54,573 nt of DNA from assembly GCA_008632985.1 (NCBI GenBank), contig QPGO01000324.1:1-54573 (forward strand), in the 5' to 3' direction. Positions within the stretch are counted from its first letter, which is position 1, and each line of letters starts with the position of its first letter. The notes beneath the pieces were generated by a model. The model was not told where the DNA came from. It saw nothing but the letters and a program-made list of their open reading frames with translations, and did no database searches. The position numbers and the translations under genes were made by a program. The stretch comes from Psammoneis japonica (lineage: Eukaryota). Positions 47,650-54,573 of this stretch are shown one piece after another.

Positions 47650-50600
47650 CGGAGAACGTCAAACAGTGTTTTTCTCGCCTTCGCCGTGCTGTTCACCGTG
47701 CAAAAATCAGCCTGGCGCAAAATGCACACTTTTTTGCGGTGAAACTGAGGTCACATTTTCAAGTGCAATGGACCCCAGCTTTGTCATTCTTTCTGTTTGT
47801 CTGTTCCATTGTTAGACTTCCCCAACAACCTTTCAGTTGTGATCCAACTTGTCCAATTCATCATCTCCGAGATCCAACTCTGCATCACTCTCCTCATCGT
47901 TGCCCCCTCTGTCTCTTCCCTGCTTTTCGCCAAGAACTCCACTGGCAATGACATGATGCATCAAATGAATGCAGAAGTCTGTTTCATGGTTTTTTGTTTT
48001 GTTTTCCCCATGCTTTGGATGTGCTCTCTTCCAGCAAGTGTCGTGGATGTTTCGTTGCAGTTTGTTCTGTGAGATGTTGGCGTCGGGTGGTGTGCGCGCC
48101 CTTCTTGAGTGGACTTGTGCGCAGGAGGCATCACTGCCACGAGCATCCCACAGCTTTCTGCTTTTTTAAAGACAGGCAAATTGACTTGAATGGTCTTGCT
48201 TCTCCAGCCCCTTTTGCCCACATGGCATTGTGCGGTTTCTGCTGCATCACAAGAAGTGCTTGGCTGGTTGTCCCCCACCACGTTGATCTGCTGGATTTGT
48301 TGTGGTGGGTGGGGTTTGCATGGATGCCCACAATTGTTCCATTGGCAATGGTCCTGTGCTCCATCTCAACTCTTGCTTGTTGAAAGTGTCACCTTGTCTG
48401 CTTTCAGCCCCATCGATCCCACAAAATTGTGAGTCCGACACAATCAGCTGATCATCTGTGGACATTGACATTGGATCTCATGCTGGGCGCAAGTTGATTC
48501 AACCCATTTGATGATTGGGAATGAGCCATCCCCAGGGTGTTGAGCATGGAGTGTGGAGTGTGGGTTGATTGGCACTTGAGGTGTCAGACCAGGGCAGTTG
48601 GTTTTTTCAATGCTGCTGCTGCATGATCCTGCGATGTCCTCATCAAAATTTCCCAATTGTGATCATTCATTCCCACGTCATGAATTCATTTGTTTGCTGT
48701 GCATGTTGCTCTGGAAACAACATGAAAAAAATGCTTGTGTGAGTGAAAAAAGAGTGCACTGCATGACGAGGGCAGCAAGCAAATTCTGATTTGACCCACA
48801 CATTGACTGCAGTGCTGCACACACTTCATGCACTCACCTCCTCCAGTGCAAACACTGCACAACATTCTTGCTTTGATTTTGTGAGATGTCATGGTTCAGG
48901 CGGCTCAGTTCTGTCTCACAAAAGTGCCATTCGGATGATGGCATTTTGCTCAGATGAGACATGAGGTCATTCTCAGACATTTCAAAATTGCTCAATGAAG
49001 CTGCTGCCAAAAGTTGCACTTCGGTGCACCTTGCCCAATTCAATGAGGTCAGACACAATGGCATCAAAAGCACAACTCTTGGCAACAATCCTGAGGGCAC
49101 AAAAGCAATTTTGTGCAAAACAGTGTGTGCATTGGCCAGGTGTCGATGTCGCTGAATTTCTCAACCAAATCATTGTTCGAGATGGCCCCTTGGTGTGTTC
49201 CACCCAATTGGGTGATTGAAGATGTGATGCTTCAAAGGGGCTGCACAAAACAGCATTCTGAGGGTGTGAAAGTGATTTGTTGAGAAATGGTGGGTTGGTT
49301 TGGTTGTCACACAGCACAGGCTGTGGAAGGAGTTGAAAGCTCAGACTTGTGCATTGTGGCTGCACGTTGAGTCTTGTGAGTTGCGATGATGACACTTTTT
49401 TGTCACAACGTTGACAACCACCATGGTCCATTTGGGCAGAGAGGTGGGTTGTTCTAAAGAAAGAAACAGCACCTGCATGATTTCCATGGCTTTTCCACCC
49501 ACAGCAGCTTGCAGCTGGCTTGGCTCACTCTCCATCATGAGCTCACATGTCGATGGTTCTTCACACGTGTGCTTGCACACCCCAAAGGTCCCTGATGAAC
49601 CCTCAGAGAATTTGGACAGATGGTGGTGAAAAATGTGTTCTGGCGCTCTCTTGCAGATGTGGCTCAACACTGTCACAGAGGTTTTTGCACAAAACATGCC
49701 AGAAAAAGTGATGTCTGATGATGGTTGATGTCATTGGTGCATCAACAGCTTTGCCTTCCATGGCTTGCCAGTCATTGAAAGATGCATTGATGGAGCTTTC
49801 ATTGTCTTCTTCAACTTGTTTCAATCCGTGTGCTTGCAAGTTGAAAGTCAAAAGTCTGCAGGCTCTTTGGCCCTTCAACGACCAGGGGAGCAAATCTCTG
49901 CGGGTGGAATTTGCTCTGCTTGAGGACTTGTGACATGTCATGCACTTTTGTGACAATGTCATGAACACAGTGCTAAAATGTCATTTGGTGTGCAATCTGT
50001 GCAAAGTGTGCCACATGCATTTGCTTGTTGGGAGCAAATCTCCACCAGCGGAGATTTGCTCCAAGAGTGTTGTGCCATCGCTCTGTTTGTGATGGCAATT
50101 CATGATGACCTCCATTGTTGAAGGTTGACATTTGGTTCCTCTCTGTTCACAGATGCAGCTTGCAAAAAACCCGGTGTTAAAAGTTGACATTGAACTTTTG
50201 AAATTTCAAAAAGGGTCCCTCCAGATTTTTGGCAAATGCACACTCCAAAACAAAATGCACAAATGAAATGTCATCCATGTCTGAAACTGCTTCATTTGCT
50301 GCATTTATGATGCATGCAAGCAAGCAAATCTCCACCTGTGGAGATTTGCTCAAGTCCGGTGGTTGAAGGGTCAAAGAGCAACAGCTGGTTTTCACATCAA
50401 TGTGTGAGTGTCATTCTGCTCAAACTGGGATTTGTCATGTCTTTTTCTTCATGATTTGATGGCTTGCTGGTGGTGCTCTCTCTTTCTCTTTGTGGTGAAT
50501 GCTTTGGGGCTGCAAATGCCGGTGTGTTGTCTGTCAATGTGCACACAAGATGTGGTTGAGCTCCAGCATTGACAGTCAAGGTGCATCGTTGACTTGGCTG

Positions 50601-53600
50601 CCACATTTGCAGTGACACACACATGTCCCTTCTTTTTGCAAGATTTCATGATGGTTGCTTTGATTTCTTGTGATTTAGAATGAAAATGCCACTCCAATGA
50701 CTCCAGCTTTGTTGCCAAGCATCCCAGGTGAGAACCTGCAAGAGCAAAGACACCATTTGCATCTGATTGATGGTCAAATTTAAGTCTGCAAGTTGCTTGG
50801 GAAAGCAAACAAGAAAGGGAACACTGTTGCACCTTCCCAATTGTCAGCATTCTTGCCCAACGTCAACCTCCAAAATGAAGAAGTGACTGCAGTGCCAACC
50901 AACAATGTGCCAAAGAATGCTGCCAATGCCCCGCCATGCTCATTTGCACAGGCTTCAGAAGCATTTGCACAATTGCAGCTGCAGCCACTCCAATGCAACC
51001 TGCTGAAACTGCACAAAGCAAAAACTCTGTGGGGTGAGTTTGCAAACTGTTGTTCCCCAAGCTCACCTCCTTGACTTGGCATCACTGCTGGAGCACATCC
51101 AGTGCACCAAATCTTTGCCCCAAGTGCAAGAAATCAATGCACAGGTGGAGTCACACACCTGCAAGGTTTGAAAATCAGCCCAGTGGTTGTCTTGGTGGCT
51201 GAAAATGTGAGCCATGCTGTGGGCATTTTGGGCTGGTTGGTTGGAGCCTTGAGCTCCTTCTTTTTCTTCTTTCTTTCAGAAATGAGAGTGACAACAAAGA
51301 ACATCAGCATTGAACTTTTGCATGTTTGAAACAAGTTCATTGAAGTGCTGCCCATTCTCTTGGACAATGGCTTTCAACTTGGTGAGCTGGACATCTTCTG
51401 TGCACTTTTGCAGGTGTGCTTTCTTTTGATCCTGGTGTCAATGCCAAGTGCAGTGGCAGCATTCCTGGCCCAATGCATCCACCAATTGTGGTGTGCAAAT
51501 GGATGCACTGGCTCATTAACCTTGTCATCAAAATGGGTGCGGTGAAGCAAGTGCTTCTTTGTCTCTGCCACAGCTGTGTTCACCCGGCAATTGTTGCGCA
51601 TGACATCTCTGTTCCCACATGGGAACAGAGCAGCAAAGGCTGGGCTTTGAAGCTGAGGAGAAAGTTGCAGTTGTTGATGGGCTGGCCATTGCTTTCAATC
51701 TCTTGGATGATGGAAGTGGGGTCAAGCAAATTAATCACAGAGAGTGTTTGACATTGTGGCATGCTGCTGACCTGGATGAGGGTCAGATGGCAGATGCCCA
51801 GACATGGCATCCTTGCCCTCATGTCGGCTTGCCTTGCCTTGCTCTGGACCACTTGCAGGAGCATCTTGTTGGACCTCACTTGCATTGCAGCCAGCTCACT
51901 TTCATTTGCAACTGACAATGCAGAATCCACAACTGACCTGTTTTCTGGGAGCCACAACAAATTCTCAACGTCAATCTTGACATCAGCACATCCAGGGTGG
52001 TTTTGTTTTTTAGCCACAAAACCCATTCTACAACACTGTCACAATTGACCTGAAACTCATTGCAGCCAGTCAGTGTCCTTTGGTTTGGCTTTTGCAGGAC
52101 AAAACTGGCAAATCGGAAACCTTGAGGGGCAAGCTCTGAATGACTTTGGTCATGTCTTTTTCAAGATTTGCTGCTGACCCTTGCACCCAACTTGGCCCAA
52201 CTGAAGGCAGCGGCACTTCATGACAGTGTGAGCACAAGCAATGAGCCTCTCGTCAACCTTGCATGGCTTGGGTGGGCAGGCAGGATGTCCCTTGGTGCAG
52301 ATGTCCATGTCATTTGCTTTGGAGAGACAACTGATGCCATGCTCCTTGATGTCCTTGGAACAAGCAAGGCACTGCAGTGGGTTGCTTTTGTTCATGGTCA
52401 GGTTGAACCAGCGCTTCTTGCAATGAGTGCACTGCTTCATTTTTGTCTCTGAAAATCCATTCACAAATTCACTTGACAAGCTTTCATCTGTGGACCAGTC
52501 AAACAAGAGTGAGAATGATTGGAGAGGAGTGGGAAGAGAATGACAACAATCAACATCATGTCTCTTACATCAGGGTGGTCTTCTAAATTGATGCCTGGAT
52601 GCTGGCCATCCCTGTGAGCTTCAAAACATTTGTCAAGGGAAGAGGGTGGAACTGGAGGGTTGTCAGAGGAGGTGGAGGACAAAAAGATGACAACAATGAC
52701 AATGAGGAGGAGGAGAGGTCATTGTCCATTGACTGCCTTTTCATTGCTTGGTGGTTTCACAGTCTGGCTTCTGCAGCTGAGCTTCTCTTGAACTGCCTGG
52801 CTTCTCACACAGATTGGTGTTGTTGTGCCCTTGCCATTTTTTGCCATTCTTGAGCCAACAGGCAATCTTGTGCTCATGCTTGTGACAACTCCTTCCTTCC
52901 ATTGGGCAACTCTGTGATTGTTGGTGGAGGAATCAATGGCAGCCAGCAGATCTGGAAGAGAGAGAGAGAGAGTGGGCAAAACAGAGCTGTGAGTGTGAAG
53001 TGCAAACAGAAAAAGCAATCCATGCAAAAGATGCATGCAACTCAAAGTGCATTGTTGCTTTGCATCTCTGTTGGAATTGTCAAATTCCACAGCAAAACTT
53101 GGGGGATTTGCAACATCTGAAACCCCCAAATCTTGCATTGATGAAATCTCAATGTGCTTGATGGGGAGAGAAAACTTGGGATGCTTGCCGTGATGCCAGG
53201 AACTGCACTCTTGCTTTTGCTGCTTGACTTCTTTTGCAGCTTGATTCTCAGCTTGATGCTCAGCATGTTTCTTTTGGTTGCATTTTCTTTTGCAATTGGT
53301 GGATTTTGATTCTTGCAGTCATGCATCAAAAGATGAGTGTGGCACTCCAAATGCCACGTCTGGCAATGGAAATAAATGTCCCTCCATCAATCCATGAAAA
53401 GCAGTGGGCAGCATGTGATGAGGAAATGGTGGAGGGCTCCAACAAGGAACTGACATCCAAGGGTTGTGGGCAGGTGGTGTAGAAGCTTGAGCAGGTGCAT
53501 GGTGACATCCCAGAGGTGGTGTCAATGGAGGCAGAAAGCAGAGAAAATGCCACTCCATTTTCCAGACAGCCCACCCACTTGTCAATCAAAGAAGATTGTG

Positions 53601-54573
53601 GCTCAGCAGTGTGGGTCAACACAGGCAATGCTGGTTCCACAGGCCCCGGTGAAGTGGTGGGTCCACCAGAAAAGAAAGCCTCTTTGATCAGCTCCAGTTT
53701 GGCTTGGTCCTTGGTCTTTTGTGCCAACAGATGGCACGTGGGGGCAAAGGAAAAGAGAGAAGCCGCAGTGTGGATGCAATGGAAGCAATCTTCATTGTGT
53801 CAAAAGGGATGTGTTGAGATGAGGCAGCGAGCTTGTGTTGGCAGGATTTTGATTTCCACAGGAAAAGTGAGCAGCAAAACAACCTTGTTTTGGTCAAGAC
53901 CTTGCAGGAATGGAAGTCAGGTGCAACCACACAATTGTGTGTGTTGTTGCGCATTTGTTCCAGTGTGCATGGCAGCACCTGCTGGATTTGTGTTGAGCTC
54001 CGTTTTTTCCACAGTGATTGTGTTTGGCAATGGCAGATGTTTTGCCACACTCAATCTGAAGATGATTTGAGAAGCACTTCATGACAACAGTGCTTGCACC
54101 ATTGAATGGAATTTTTTTGGTTCATTGTCGAACATTGTTTTGGGGTGTCTTAAAAGTGGAGCGGCACAAAAAGTGAGTGATTGTCTAGATTGTGAGCCAC
54201 TCTCCTGTGGTGAACTGAAAAAGTGGCAAGGAAACAGGAAAACCGTGTTGGTGATTGGCAATTCATGTGCCAGCAGTTAACAGCTTTCTGAGTCTGGCAT
54301 TGCTGATGTCAGCTCTGACAAGCTCTGCTTTTGAGCCACCCAAAAAAATGGCAAAAACTGCAGAGCTTTTGACAAGATCTTGGTGGAAAGCAGACAGAAC
54401 ACCACAGGGATGTTGTTGAAGAGGATGATGGGTCAGGAGAAAAAGCATGATTTGCAAAAACCTGAGGGGCACTTGATTGAAAAAAAAGAATGTTGGGAGG
54501 CCCATTTTGGACTGTGGTGCCATTTTGTTTTTCGTGAGTGAGGAGAGCAGAGATGTCCAGGCTTCTGTCATGG
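47650..54573. repeat. Second block of decayed TE DNA depleted of TpA and CpG
   Basis: Same composition as the left block. TA nearly vanishes after 47645, while CG fades over about 0.5-0.9 kb. Confidence 0.88.
50560..52510 (-). mobile_element. Helitron Rep relic (N-terminal Zn/DUF6570-like region, Helitron_like_N, HUH-like motif)
   Basis: CTHCKKRWF..CLAC..SKANDMD..VDERLIACAH..GQVGCKG, WLK.NHPGCADVKID..LLWLPEN, LFPCG, ELKAPTNQPKMPTAWLTFSA, WQ..KSTMHL...W. No Pif1 helicase motifs confidently seen. Confidence 0.75.

Noticed and set aside
48130..50000. Pif1 helicase half of the Helitron (IANGTIVG, VPINP)
   Set aside because: The motifs are in the wrong order and no Walker A/B was found.
51606..51630. 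CTCTGTTCCCA-CA-TGGGAACAGAG inverted repeat
   Set aside because: It lies in the Helitron LFPxG coding motif, has a 2-nt loop and occurs once; probably chance.
1..54573. CRISPR arrays, rRNA/tRNA genes or prokaryotic defence operons
   Set aside because: None seen; the window is eukaryotic with spliceosomal introns.

Overview
Eukaryotic DNA, most likely a diatom, judged from the short GT-AG introns, the Copia/Gypsy lineages and the gene set. A gene-dense island (~22.6-47.3 kb) encodes a PhyH-type dioxygenase, two secreted Cys-rich paralogues, a membrane-tethered HSF, a CIA30 protein, RPN1, SEC62, a SAC3/THP3 protein, a selenoprotein MsrA, a dynein intermediate chain, MED8, PIG-U and an LRR protein. 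It lies between two blocks of nested, decayed transposons (Copia, Gypsy with both LTRs, Plavaka-like, Helitron). The main signal is a repeat-restricted, strand-symmetric mutation pattern. Besides CpG>TpG/CpA decay, transposon DNA has lost almost all TpA, converted to TpG or CpA, so conserved Tyr codons now read Cys or His. TpA loss also occurs where CpG is intact: a small TIR element inside the gene island, the Copia gag at the left end, and both block borders. This suggests a separate TpA-directed (A>G) repeat-mutation process, opposite in direction to fungal RIP. All counts were made by eye and family calls rest on remembered motifs; no searches were run.
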